Positions 24,901-41,900 of a stretch of 64,000 nucleotides of DNA are shown piece by piece (within the stretch, counting starts at the first letter, position 1; every line of letters begins with the position of its first letter). A program made the position numbers and the translations under genes. Source of the stretch: Zygnema circumcarinatum SAG 698-1b (taxonomy: Eukaryota; Plantae; Zygnematophyceae); the NCBI GenBank assembly GCA_037447605.1, contig CM074817.1, positions 496,001-560,000 on the forward strand, read 5' to 3'. A model generated the notes under the pieces. It saw nothing but the letters and a program-made list of their open reading frames with translations, made no database searches and had not been told where the DNA came from.

Positions 24901-25792
24901 GCTGAAGGAGAGCTGTTGGGGGGGCGCAGTTCTTGCAGCTTCCGCCTTCAGCAGTGCTGGCTGATATGGCGGCTGCCGGCACCACGCTGTGCGCGCAGGA
25001 CTGGAGCGAGCTGGCCAGCACGCACCGCGGCGTGGCTGCCCCGACGCTTGCGAAGTACTGCTTCTCCGCAGCGTACTGCGTTGCTCTCCTGCATGACGCT
25101 CTTGGCGTCGGTCTGGACGAGCCGCGGTAAGCCGGTTTCTGCCAATCGTCGCTTTCTACAGTCGTTCGGGTCAATAGCAGATGTTGACGATGCACTTAAG
25201 AGTCTGATGACCCTGGTCTTGTCCCCAATGATGTGTTCTGTCTTGTTTCCATTGGCCTTTCATACGTCTGAGAACCATGAGAAATGAGCGATGGGAGGTT
25301 TGGAAGTGTGTGGCGAGGTTGAAGCAATGTCCGGAAGATGCTGTGCTGGCATGTGGCAGTACTGTCACAAGCTTCTTTTGAAACTAAAAATTGAGAAGTG
25401 TATCCATGCATTACGGTCAGCGGCATTGCATCTTGTTCTTGCAAATGTCGCTTCTGTCTGCCCTATCGATTCCCAATCGAGAATCTGTCCTCCGGGAAAG
25501 TGGCTAATAGGAACCGTGTGCGAATCTCTTGCTGTGGCGCAGAGTGAAATTCAGAGACCTGGACTGGCCGCTGGGGGCGCTTCTGGTAAAGGTCGCGGCA
25601 GGCGGCGAGGCGGAGAGGGCGAGCCCCCCCCCCGCGCTGGCGGACGACCGCGCGGTGGCGCTGGTCCTGCTGGCGGGCCTCGCCCTCGCGGCCGCGGGGG
25701 CCTGGGCCTCGCGCCGCTGCCGCCGGGCGCCGCCCGCCACCTTCTACGACCTCGAGAAGGGCCGCTACTTCACTGCCTCCCTGCGCAAGTAG
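21954..25792 (+). CDS. APY6: GDA1/CD39-family apyrase (NTPDase) of the plant APY3-6 type, with N- and C-terminal TM helices
   Basis: All five apyrase conserved regions appear across exons: IVIDAGSSGSR, PIYLMATAGLR, ISG|LWEGLYAWAAANY, VIELGGASAQ, LDWPLGALL. The C-terminal TM is followed by YDLEKGRY, as in plant APY6-like proteins. The gene symbol is a closest-family label. Confidence 0.9.
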
Positions 25793-26657
25793 CGCTCGTC
25801 CTCGTTCGGCGGCACCTCTCTCCAGTAAAGCTCGCTTCACGGCTGCACGTTGTTCGAAATCGCCCCCAGTACCGCGCAGTGCCGCCAGCATCAGGGCCCA
25901 TTCAATTATGAATGCAAACTCAGCGTGCAGGAAAGTCCTGTTGGTGTTAAGACGAGCTCTTAGGATACAGGCATTAAGTGTGCCCTTTCGTTTTGATTAT
26001 ACCCTCGTCGGCTAATGTATTCTGTAACACAATTGTACGGTGATGCCCGGGGGGGCACGCATCGTAAGGCGTGCGCTGACTGCAAGATTAGTGCACAGTC
26101 TGTTTTTCGACCCTGCTGAACTCAATAAATGATCTCCTGAACTTCCGTCCGGGCTCTGCATGTACGTGTTGCACTGCCATCATTTTGAAGAAAACTGCGG
26201 ATTATGCTCAGTGTTGGCCTTCTCACGAGGATCTGCAATTCATGGCATGGCATACCCAAACATCCCACAATGATCATCTGCGATTCGTTATCAGCAACTG
26301 CTGTAAGTTGATATCTTTCTGGCGTATCCCCCTCAGACAAACGTATGGCACCAATGCGTGGCCTTCCCAATTAAGTGCATTCGGTGCAAAACATTGATTG
26401 CTTTAAACTGTCCATAATCAAAAGTAGTGCCAGCGTCCTCCCCCAGTGCGGCTCCTGGAACAATGACAGCGCACATTGCATCCTCAAGCTCATCTGGCCT
26501 GCCGTAAGCGTAAACACCAGTGAATTTCAACTCGCCTGTCTCCGCTTCAGAGGTTCACCCCCGGGGGAGAGGGAGGCGGCGGAGGAAAGGTGGGGGGGAG
26601 GGGAGGGGTGGAGGGGCAGCAGGTTCATCAGCGCATGCGCCGGCCGAGTTGAAGGGC

Positions 26658-31007
<4,350 letters not shown>

Positions 31008-32122
31008 CTACTGTGACCCGCGCCTCAGGCGCACTTCACTTCTGGAGGAATCCGCGGCAAAGCTCGCGGCGGAGAGTGGCGGGCGTGGCAGAGGGAAGGC
31101 AGTGCTCCAAGCGCCGCCTGCACACGCCCGCTGCTCCGCTCCGCTCCAGCAGACCAGGGAGGGAGGGCGGGCAGGCACACACACACACACAGGAGGATGA
31201 GATGGAGCAGGAACACGCGCTGAGCCCCGCCCCGCCCTCCCTCCTGCCCAGGGCCCAGGGCCCAGGCCCGCCCTGCCGGCCCGTTCCGTACAGTTCAGTG
31301 GGGTCGCTGCGTCCCGGCAGTTCCGTTGCGCTCAGTCGGGCGGCCCGGCTTGGCTTGGCCTGGCTCGGCTGTCGGCGACGAGACCGGGCGCCGAGCCTGG
31401 ACCTGACCAGACTCCGGACCGACCGACCGACTGACCGACCGACCGCCCCGCGACCGGCCCCGCCCCGCCCCGCCCCGCCGGCAGAGAGCGAGAGAGGGAG
31501 GACCTGCTTGCCTGCCTGCCTGCCTTCCCGCGCTCGCTCGCTCGCTCCTGCGCCGTCGCCTCAGTACTCGCCGGCGACTCGCACTCGCAGGCCTTCACTT
31601 CCGCCTCTGCCTGCCTGCCTGCCTGTCTGCTCGAGCGGCGGGGCAGCCTTAGGTATCCCTGCCAGCTCGCGCTATATTCTTTGGCCCTGAGGTAAGCTTG
31701 CTGTTCTTTTTGCCTGTCAGAGCCATCTCACATTAGGGCTCGTTCAACCAGTGAACAATCGTTTCGCGGTTTCATTACGCGGGTCAACACTCTAATATAA
31801 CGGATACTTGGCCTCGTGCAAATGCCGATCCGCTGCACCTTTGGCAAGACTATGTGACTGAAGAAACGACAGGAGCTTTACATGCGATATTGCTAAGCCT
31901 ACTGCTAGCCTACTCCAGGAAGCGTTCATTTATGCCTTACTTTCCGCATTTTCGGCACTCGTCCGACTCTCCGTAGTTTGTCCCATGACAGTACCCCTGA
32001 CACTCTGCCTTGAATATGACACGGCATTGTTGCTGTAGGAAACTGCAGTGCTCAAACAGAGTCTTATCTCCTTCGCTCTGGGCTTCTGCCCCTCTGACCG
32101 AACGGTGTATGTTTTTTTCAGG

Positions 32123-35006
32123 ATGGCGAAGGATTCCACAGCCATGAATGCAAGAAGAATTCAGAGTGCATCTGCTCCTATTCAAAAGCGAGCGAGTCAG
32201 CAAACTGTTCAGGAGGCAGAGCAATTGAGGAACGTGTCTCTTGTCATCCGGCCCATAGCGGGTCCATGGTCCCCTGGAGCCATTTTGGGAGGTGTTGCAC
32301 CGGCAGTCTCTGTCGAACAAGAAAGCCTGTTGACTTGGTTACCAAAAGGACAGCTGTCCGCTGATGCAATCGATTGCGACAACGCTTCCAAAGAGGAGAT
32401 TTCTCAGGGATTCGTCATACCCTGCTTTTCTCCATCATTTATGGGAGGAGTGGGGTTGGCAAAAGGGCTGGACCAGGAGATGGATGGCGCTCTATTCAGC
32501 TCAAGCATGTGGCTGCATCAACAGAAAGCTCTTAGGAAGGTCGATGACGGCGACCATAGTTTCAAATTCTCTAATTCTGCAGTTAACAGCGACAGCAAGT
32601 TGGAAAGATACATGGAGTTGAAAGCGACAGGTTCAGCAGCTCTGCAGCACTTGGATTTCCTGATGAAGCACACGGAGGTATTGATAGAACAGGCGGAGCA
32701 AAGTTTTACGGAAGCGTCGACGGTGCATGGGGCACACTCAAGGTCAGTTCCTGGCATGGGTTGAAGGACGTTTCACTGCTACTGTTTTTCTTCTTACTGC
32801 AATCGGTCTCATTTTCTTTTATTTCCCTGGCAATGCCGGAATGTGGATTCTGGCGTTACAGGGTTGTCTAGAGCCGCTAATAGTCATTGCCATTTTCTGT
32901 GTCAGTTTCCGTATGAAGAGAAGTTAACGGGTCTGTCTGTTTAGAATATTTGGCAAAACCATTACTCAATCTGCTTGTATTGCTGCAGGTATATTCAGGA
33001 GAATTTGAACGCTGTGGCTGCAGATGCGTGTGCCAAAGCAGCCATAGAACAGCTTGAAACGTTTCGCCGTGTGCTTAGCGGAATTCTGCCACGGTTTGCA
33101 ACCCTGCAGTCCCCAGAGCAATTCCAGCAGGAGAGCATGGAGCAGGCTGTGAAACTTGGAGGATTGAAAGTGTCCGATTTCAAGGAGATGAAGGCAGCCA
33201 TAAAAGACGAGAGAGAAACATCTTTGACACTAGCCTGTGGAGGATCGTACACCGGCCCCGCCACCAACCCTGTATCGCCCGGAAGGTCTGGCGAGTCTGG
33301 AGGCGGGAGCACTTGCGAGGACGACGCGCCTCAAGTAAAGCCGCGAGCAGAGGAGTCGCACCACGAGGCGGCGCAAGTGAGCAGATGGGAGGATACGACA
33401 GAACACGAATTGTGGGCGCGCCAGCAAGGCTTGATTAAGACCGCAGACTTGGTTTTTTCCAACTCTCAGCGCTCCTGCGAGAAAAACAAAACGCATGATG
33501 CCCTTTTGCTACTGGTAGTTCCTGGCTGGCTTACATGGTGGAGATGTGAACCATCCTTTATTGCGATTATTTACGTGTCGGGCCTTAACCCGCATTCACC
33601 CCACCAACGCAACCGTATGGAGCAGTCTGAGCCGGTAGTAGGGAGCATTTTGACTCTCCTCCAGTCCACCTTCCACTTCCACTTATTGTTTGCTCTCTAA
33701 TTTTTGTTTGGCAGACTTCAGGAAGAGCACCTTCATCGGAGAAGGGATTGTTGGGGCTGACGCTTTCTGCTCCCAGGCAGCTGCCTCGCATTCCCTCGAC
33801 AGAGGCCGGCATGCTTCTGCTGCCGGCAGGCGGCCGCAGCTTGCCGCCTGGGTCTGCGCATGCAAAGTCCCCGCATCCCATAAAGTCCAACGGAACCCCT
33901 GACCCGCCCGCCGCAGTCTCCATTGCCATCCCCTCCACAACCCTGCCCCCTCTGTGTGAACAAGTGCATCCTTCTGAGAGGCCACAGTACCATTCTCGTG
34001 CCCCACCGAAAATCCCTTCCTTTTCGAAGTTGATTGTGTCCAGCCCATCTTCGACTGGTCCCATTGCGTGCGGATCTCCACCTTTGTTGCCAGTCCCAAA
34101 AGCAGAGACGATGAATAATGAGTCTGAGGAGGAGGACGGAGAAGATCCCTTTGAAGAGAGGAGAGACAACCTACCAAGTCATTCTACCATCCCCATCAAA
34201 CGAAGCCCGAGTGCGGAGGACCCCTCTCACGTGGCTTTTGGCTTCAAGAGGTGAGTGACTTGGGAGCTTGAAGCCCAGAAATGAAATTGATTGTGGGCCG
34301 TTTTGGAGAGTTCATATATGTCACGTGCCTCCGCAACGTTGAGGGACCTGGTTTTTTATGGGCATCTATGGAGCATTTTGTCCCATGATGAAACTTAGCC
34401 CTTAAGTTTATGAGTTACTCCAGATACGTGTCCGGTAGGGTGCAGCATTACAGCCGCAAGTCGGTGAGTCTATGAGAAGTTTGTCGTTTGGCTTTTGCGT
34501 ACGATGGATGCGGACGCTCATGGGGGAGTGAGTTGGCCGTGGCAGGCAGAGGACGAGGCACCAGGAGGAGGAGGTTCCTGGGGACACGTGGCACTGGAGG
34601 AAGTATGGCCAGAAAGTGATCAAGGACACGCCTTTGTACAGGTTCGTCTTCCTGCACCTTCCCGAGGCTGTTGTTGGACCGATGCTTCATTGAGCGGGAT
34701 GTGAGGACCGCAAGCGGCACGCCTTGCTGTCTTGCTTTGCTTGCTCCGCGTGCCGCGCTGCGCGTGCTGGATGCCATGCTTGGTTGTGAAGACTGAGAAG
34801 GCGGGACCTCGGGCGCCTTCAGGAGCTACTATCGCTGCGGCTGCCGGAAAGGGACAATATGCGCCGCCAAGCGCCACGTGGACCGCTACATTGCAGACAA
34901 CAGAGTGTCGTCGGTCGTGTACGAAGGCGAGCACTGCCACACCAAGCCGCCACCAAAGATTCGAACCACAGTAATCATCCAGCAGCCGGGGATAAGTCGG
35001 ACATGA
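32123..35006 (+). CDS. WRKY: WRKY transcription factor with a single C-terminal WRKY domain and atypical C-X7-C-X23-H-X-H zinc finger
   Basis: Exons ~32123-32741, ~32989-33376, 33715-34250, ~34550-34641, 34823-35006 join in frame. The domain reads DTWHWRKYGQKVIKDTPLYR|SYYRCGCRKGTICAAKRHVDRYIADNRVSSVVYEGEHCH, with the conserved phase-2 intron in the Arg codon. WRKYGQK is at 34595-34615 and is absent from the ORF track. A 5'UTR intron is likely at 31692-32121. Confidence 0.9.
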
Positions 35007-35901
35007 TAAGCGCAAAGACAGGCGTGTGGCGAGCATGGGACATGAATCTCTCATGTTTGATCATGGTTGCAAGTGCTAGCGCACAATGGAAGCCTTCACT
35101 TGTGCACGATTGACTATGCCGCCATCATGTGCTGCCTTGTTTGTCTGACGTTGTTGTGAGGCTCAGCTCATGCGGTGGCACGCACCAGCAGCTCTGCATC
35201 CAATCAGAGTCGACTTGCTTGTCGGCGCAGACAGTGCATACGACACACCACGCAGTCTGCACTACATCAATTGACGAATCAGAATGTCAACTACAAGCTT
35301 GTGCATCATTTCAAGCGACATACCCTCCAACCATAGTGAAGTATCGACAGAGTTCTGTCCTGGGTAGAAATGTCCTAGTACTTGTTCCACTCAACGATGG
35401 GCTGCACAGTGAAAGGACCAAGTGACCGAGGCAGCGGCTCAGTTGAGCTTTTGGGGTGCAACCGTAATTACGAGTTTAATGAGATGCATGATGCGCCCTC
35501 CGCTTCTTTCTGGCGCCGCAATCAAAAGTGCGCTAAAGAGCTGCCAGCGTTGTGGACTCGTCTGTGATCATGATACCCACACCAACCCACTACAGTTTCC
35601 GAGGAACAAAGTGCAAAAGGCAATAGACTTCAGTAAGCGATACCAAGTGAGGACAAGCGCAAGTCAGAGCCAAGTGAGCCATTTTGCCTCGATCTTGTCA
35701 CCGGAATGAAGAATTCAACAAGCATCTTCTTGTCACCGCTGTGGGATTGCACACCCCGCCTTTAGTCTGGGGGGGTAGATTCAAGCTAAGGGCTCCGACC
35801 GCCTCATTGTCGAATCTCCACAAGCGCGTGCCGCTCTGCAGCCAGGTAGACTGGCCAGACTTCGCGCAGAGTCGCTCAACCACCACTTGACAGTTAAGCA
35901 A

Positions 35902-38367
35902 TTACTTTGGCCGGCCCTTTTTTTTAGGAGGAGCATTAAATCTTCCTCCGACAGCCATCCTTGCTTCTCGCTTTTCCCTGCTTGGCCTGCACAAATACGT
36001 TTGAGGCAGGCCACTCAATGAGACGACTTGAGCGCCCCCGCAGCGCGCACAAGTGCCTTGACAGAGTGCCCAGTTCAGCGCAAAGGGCATGGAGCTTCCT
36101 GGAGTTCGCAACGGCATGAAATACGAAGTCTACGGGAACAGACATGCATGCACTCTGGAAGCATAGCCGCATAAATGCGGTAACTTCAGAGAGCGACATT
36201 TTTAGGGTTTTTAGGGGTTTTAAATTGAGGGGGCACGTCGCGGGCCACAAGGATCTTCCGTCAGGTAGAAACAAAACACTCCAATGCTAAAAAAACAACC
36301 ACTTAAATGCAGAGCAAAAGGAGCAGCCTGGTTCACGAGTTCTCACCGCCGCCCAAAAAAGTCCTCGTCGCTTTCATCTTCGGTGTGGTCCTTCCCTGCA
36401 ACAATATGCGGACAATCCATTTCATCACAGTCCATCCAATGACTCTCGGAATCTTCCCAACCCACTGCTCATCGTAGGACAGGGCCACTTCCCACTATAA
36501 AGGTTAGAGATTAGATGAAAACAAGAAGCAAATGCACTTATCAACATGTCGAACGAAAGAAGCTGATCAACAGGGGAACATGGACGCAACAAGTTTTTCC
36601 TTGAAAAGACAAATAGCAAATAGCTAAGGAGATATACAAACCTTCATTCATCTCAACATCATCCCTTAAGTTCCCGTGCCTATGAGCTTTTCCATTCATC
36701 GTTGCACTCTTGCTGGTGTCTTCTGCACAGCGCTCCTCATCCGCCCACCTATCTCCACCGTTATCATTATCCCAGCGGTAGCCCGGAGATGGCATCCAAA
36801 ATTCGACCTCCCCATCAACCTCTTCATCCGCAATCCGAGTATCTGTCGTCATCCCTTTTGACTCGTCGCGTCCTCCCTTCACACCTTTTCCTCCCATTCT
36901 CTTTTCCCTTGCTGCTTCATGTACTGCTCCAGGAACGGCGATTTCGCCTGTTCTCCATTTTGACTTTGTCACTTTCCTCTCGTTCATGACGTCATCAGCA
37001 CCGGCCATTTCAGAGTTCATAGTTCCATCTTGTGATGACCTTTGGGCCAACCCCCTTTGCGCCTCTTTTGCTTCTGCAAATGACCCATATCCCCTCTTTT
37101 TAGCTCATTAAGCACAGCGCAGAGCTGTTCCAATCTACTGCAAAAAACTGCATCGTGGTGCCACCTCCTTCTATCTTGAGCACAATCGACCGGTGAAGCA
37201 AGAGAACATGCAACATGGTAGATAGACTGATGGTACAAGGCAAGTGGGCTCGGTCTGCGAACGTAAGGAAGCAAGCACACCTCGTTAATGGAACGCCACA
37301 ATTTTACTTCAGTCACTGAGAATAAAATCATACCCCTCGATTGCAACCGAATACAATATTCATCCATATGTCCAGTTATCTGCCTCATAGACAGCCAGAA
37401 ACAACTTCACACAAATACCACTGCTGAAACTACGCCAGTTTTCTCGTTCTAGCCTTCGAGCAATCTAGGGTAAGGAGGGCAGCGGCCTCACCAGCCCCCC
37501 CAGCTGCCTCCTTTTCTCCTCCATTTAGGTACCAGAGCTTGTCCCAGAGGGAAGGGCTTCTCCCTCTCCCTCCCCCTCCCTCCTCCCCCATCTCTTCTCT
37601 CCCTCCGCCCCCCCCTTCCCTCTCCCCCCTCCCCTCATATTCCAGCACAAAAAAGGCACACACTATTAGACGGAGGAGATGGAAGCAATTCCTCACCGAG
37701 TGCTTTCTGAAACTTCTTGCCCATCATGTGTTTCCAAACCGCATCCTCCGTCTTCTGCAGCAACACTCCCGTAAGGGTGCATAAGAGCTTGTCCCTGCCG
37801 CCAGGCCATCCCAGCGCCGACCCCTCAAATGCTGATGCGAAACGCCTTCTTTTCTCAACAGTCTTAGTCTTCAAGAAAAGTATCAGCGAGATCAGAGAAG
37901 AGATAGAATTGTGAGGACGGAAGTGATAAAGGAGTGCGCTTCCAATTGCTGTTCGATGCAATTCTGTTCCTTCCAGCTGATTGCGTAGCATTTTCTGCAA
38001 TTGTAACCAAATGAACATGTAGGAAAGATCACTTAACTTAAGATTCGCATGTAATGAGATAAATGGCTACGGGACAGGCAGGCTGACAGTGAGCTGCAAG
38101 GCAGCAGTGCAGGCGCACGGCCAGAGAAGGGCGGAAAGCTCACGGGTGGTCAGGCGACTGACGCACGTGCGGCTCAAACTGCTTGAGCCGCCGCTCCAGG
38201 AGCAGCGCGCGGTAGCGCTTGTTGCCGAGGTGCGCCGCGAGCGCCTCGCTGCTGGGCGCCATTTCGTGCCCGGTGGGAATGCAGCGTAGCCGCCCGCTGG
38301 GCAGCACTTCGAAGTCATCTTTGTGCTGCTCCAAGAGCGTCTCCAAGCCCGACGCTCGCGCCGCCAT
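35902..38367 (-). CDS. SURF2: Surfeit locus protein 2 (SURF2)-like nuclear protein; 3' exons approximate
   Basis: RLRCIPTGHEM..LAAHLGNKRYRAL..FEPHVRQSPDHP|DKLLCTLTGVLLQKTEDAVWKHMMGKKFQKAL matches the SURF2 pattern. It is followed by acidic, low-complexity exons (36.3-37.05 kb). The last exon and stop are uncertain. Confidence 0.8.
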
Positions 38368-38473
38368 GGCCACGCCTCCTGCTGCTCCTCCTGCAGCTGA
38401 CCCTCTCCCCGGGCAGGCCTTCCCCCGCGCTCTATGTCCATGCCGCGCGCTGTTCCTCGGTCTGTGGGGCCGT

Positions 38474-38650
38474 GCCAGCGTGGCGGATCATGCCAGCGTG
38501 GTGGCCAGCGTGGCGGCCGGTGGCTGCCACGTGGTCAGCGGCTCGCGGCGGGCGCGTGGAGGGCGTGGCGGCGGCGAGCAGTCGGCGGCGGCGCCACGCG
38601 GAGGGCGGGCGGCCAGCGTGGCGTGGCCAGCGTGGCGTGGCCAGCGTGGC
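38474..38650. repeat. Six copies of GCCAGCGTGG plus a G-box (GCCACGTGG) in the SURF2/ABCD4 divergent gap
   Basis: Copies at ~38474, 38492, 38504, 38612, 38626 and 38640; CACGTG at ~38528; TGACGTGGC at ~38745. Confidence 0.75.
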
Positions 38651-38912
38651 GCCCCGAGAGGCGACGATTGGCGTGCGCGGCGCGGGGGGGCGCACATCGG
38701 ACGGTCCGCGGGCGACGCCGCCAACGAGCGCAATCCGACGGCTGTGACGTGGCAGATTCTTGCCATCGTGGCGGAGGACGTGGCGGCGATAAAAAGGTTT
38801 AGGTTGCGGTGCAGTGACCGGTCTTGTCCAGCGAGGGAGAAAAGGGAGGGAGGAGGGAGGAGGGAGGAGGGAGGAGGGAGAGGAGCAGGCGCAGGAGCAG
38901 GCGCGGGGCAGC

Positions 38913-41900
38913 ATGTGGATGTGGCGGCAGGGGGCGAGGGGGGGGGAGGCGGCCGCGCAGCCCCTCCTCGCAGAGCGCGAGGCCACTTCGCCCACAGGCG
39001 GCGAGCAGAGCCCTCTGCAGGCGCCCGCCGATGGGTTCGCGGCTGGCGGACTCGACAGCAACAATCAAAGCGCGCATCCATCGAGCACTACAGAGCCTGC
39101 TTGCAGAGGCACCGCACCAGCATCCGGAATTTCCGGAACAGAGGGCAAAGCCAGAGAATGCTGCGTCGCCGAGGGCAGAAGTGGCGGCGGCCAATATTTG
39201 TCAGATGAGAGTCCTTGGCTTGGTTCAAAGCGGCGTCTTTCTCCAACCATAGTGAACTTGCTTTTCTGGAAGCGGTTCTGGGGCCTTATGCGCATAGCCA
39301 AGGCAGAAAACGCGATACTCGTTGTCATTCTCTCGTCTGTCGATCTCCTAGTGACGGCGCAGGTTGGAAAAATTCCTGGAAGCTTCATCTTTGCTCTCGT
39401 GAATGGAGACCTCAAGGTAAGGCCTCGCTGCCGTGAAACGCGAAGGTCGGCTCTCTGCATGGGATGAACGGTTGACTTTGACACAGCTTCTGCACATGTG
39501 CGCATAGAAAGGGAAACCAGGGAGGATGAAGGGTTGATGCTTTGCGCGCCTTCCACGCTCATGGGTGAGAGTCCAGCAGCGAAAGCTGCTGCTAGCTCAT
39601 CTGAGAGGCCTGCTGGCTCCTTCCTAACTTAACGAGTTTTTGCGTGGATACTTTCTTAAGGTGTATGTGATGGTGGCTCATAACTTTTTTTAAATAGTTT
39701 TCTCCTTGCTCATTTTCTCTGAGGCCCAAAGTACGTGAATTGCTGTGTGGGACTCCAGTTCAGGCTCTAGCTCAGTCCCTTTCATTTGCATCAAGTCGAA
39801 TCACGACTTGGGACGACTTTTTGGAGTTGACATTTGCTACTTTTCCTTTGCGTCCGGTCTGATTGCAAACTTAAAACCCTACTCAAGGAATGGTATCAAC
39901 TATCGAAACTTGCACAAGTGAAGGATTGATCAGCTCTCTAACTGGAACGTCCAGAAGGGCAGAGCCTGAATCCACGTAGCTTTAGGGTGCTGCACCAAAT
40001 TCGGATACCTTTTTAGCATGCGCGGATATGACTCCTTTTGCCAGAGTGCTTTAGGGAATGAGAGCAATACGAGGTCAAGATTCTTATTATCAAGGTCTAA
40101 TGTATAAACCGTTTTGGACTGTATCAGTCTTGAGGTGGCCGTTTCAAGGTGTATGCTTCAAGCTGATGGTATGCAAAAAACACACTTGACTTGGCGGTGT
40201 TGAAGTCCATGGAATGTCCCGTATCTGTCCCCGACTAACGCGTAAGGGCCGGGGCATGGGGGCCGGCAGATGTTCTGGAGCGCTATGCAGTATGCTGTGT
40301 TGTGGTACTGCGCGGGTGCCGCGTGTTCTTCTTCTCTGGACTGGGCGGGCGAGTTCCTCACATACCAATGGCGGAAGGAGCTGACCCGGGCTGCCCACCG
40401 CTACTATGTTAACGGGCCTACTCTGTATGCGCTGTCGCGCGGCGCGGGTCGCAACCGCCACGGGGAGGCTGTGTGGATCGACAATCCGGACCAGCGCATT
40501 GCGCAGGTGCCGCCTCTCCCGCTTTGCTTGCGTTTCTGCTGCGCCTGCATTCTCCGCTCCTGTAGCCGTCACCTAACCTGAATATTCTGTCGCAGCCATC
40601 CACTCTCCTCTGCCTGTTCTTCGCCCCCTTTGTCTGTTCATTTAAGGTGTGAATGCTTGCCCCCAGGCTCGATCGTTCAGCCTGCAAGTTCTGCTGTCAA
40701 ATATATATAAATGTTTTTGTTTAAGATCTTGTTTTGCAGGAAGTGGGCAGCTTTGCACGAGTGCTGAATCATCTGGTATCGAAGACAGTTTTTGCGCCCC
40801 TCATGGCAACATACTACTCAGTATGGGTGTATCAGCTCACTGGTTGGCAAGGTCTAGTTTCTGTGTACGCCTTCTTTGTCTTTGGAGCGACCATGGCACA
40901 GCTGATTCTCAATCCCATCGCTGCACTCATAGGGAAGTCGGAGCATGTGGAAGCTGACTTTCGTATGTCACACATTCGGTGAGCAGCAACTTATTGCTGA
41001 CTAGGGATTCTATGTTGGCGTTGATTACCTTTTGTCATCGTGCATGGTATGTTCGCTGATTCTTTGATTTTATTTCATTCAGAAAGGTTCTTCTCAAGAA
41101 CAACTCGATGAAAGTTTGCATTTCGTTTGACTGCATGCATTTGCTTCTGTTCAGAGAGGTTGTAGATTTTCGTGTTATAGGCAAAACTCTCGTCATTTTT
41201 TCTAAATGACCACGCATATTCTGGACTTATGCAGGCTCAAAGAGAATGCTGAATCGATAGCACTTTATCGAAGCGCTGGTGTTGAAGGACGTCATTTGGA
41301 AAAGGATTTCGACCGAGCGCTGCACTTCCAGATGAAACTTGTCGAACGCCACCTTCTCCTCTCCCTGGCCACCCGGTTCTATGAGCACATGGGTAAGCTG
41401 AGCTGCACCCCGGAGCTGACTGGGTGGCCTGTTGACCTGTAAGCGGGTGCTCCAAGGGCTCCCTGCTTGAATGCAGTACCCAACTCTGTGGATACGCCAG
41501 ATTTTTCTGCTCCGTTTGTGCCCGTAGACTGTTGACTTTGTCTTTTGTTAGGCCCTCAAAACTCAGTCATTTTCGAATGCCCCTTGTCCATGAGTGCAGG
41601 CACTGTGTTGAACTATGTGGTCCTGGCGGTCCCCGTCCTGGGGGGTGCGCTGAGCGTGAAGGACAAGGGCGAGCTCGCGCAGCTCATAAGCGTTGCATCG
41701 TTCGCCGTTCTGCAGCTGCTGGCCAGGTATAGCAGACTGCTGTCCAGGTGGTCCGGGGCTTGCCCTATCTCACACGCATAGACCTCTTCCAAAGGTTTTC
41801 TGGAATTGGCATCTATTCGATTTAATGTGGACAAACTGGCCTGTCTGGAGCTTATTGACCACCAGTGTTTTGAATTTTTTTTCTAAACTTTGTGATTTAT

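Noticed and set aside
31013-31690. 225-aa plus-strand ORF between CDC5 and WRKY
   Set aside because: It starts at a non-ATG codon, is built from CCGA/CCCCG/CTGC microsatellites, and ends at a splice donor. It is better explained as promoter/5'UTR.
36195-36225. TTTTAGGG-like degenerate motifs
   Set aside because: Only about two imperfect units, too short to call a telomeric array.
38219-39208. 329-aa plus-strand Arg/Gly-rich ORF
   Set aside because: It overlaps SURF2 antisense and the GC-rich promoter, starts at a non-ATG codon, and is in a different frame from the ABCD4 first exon.
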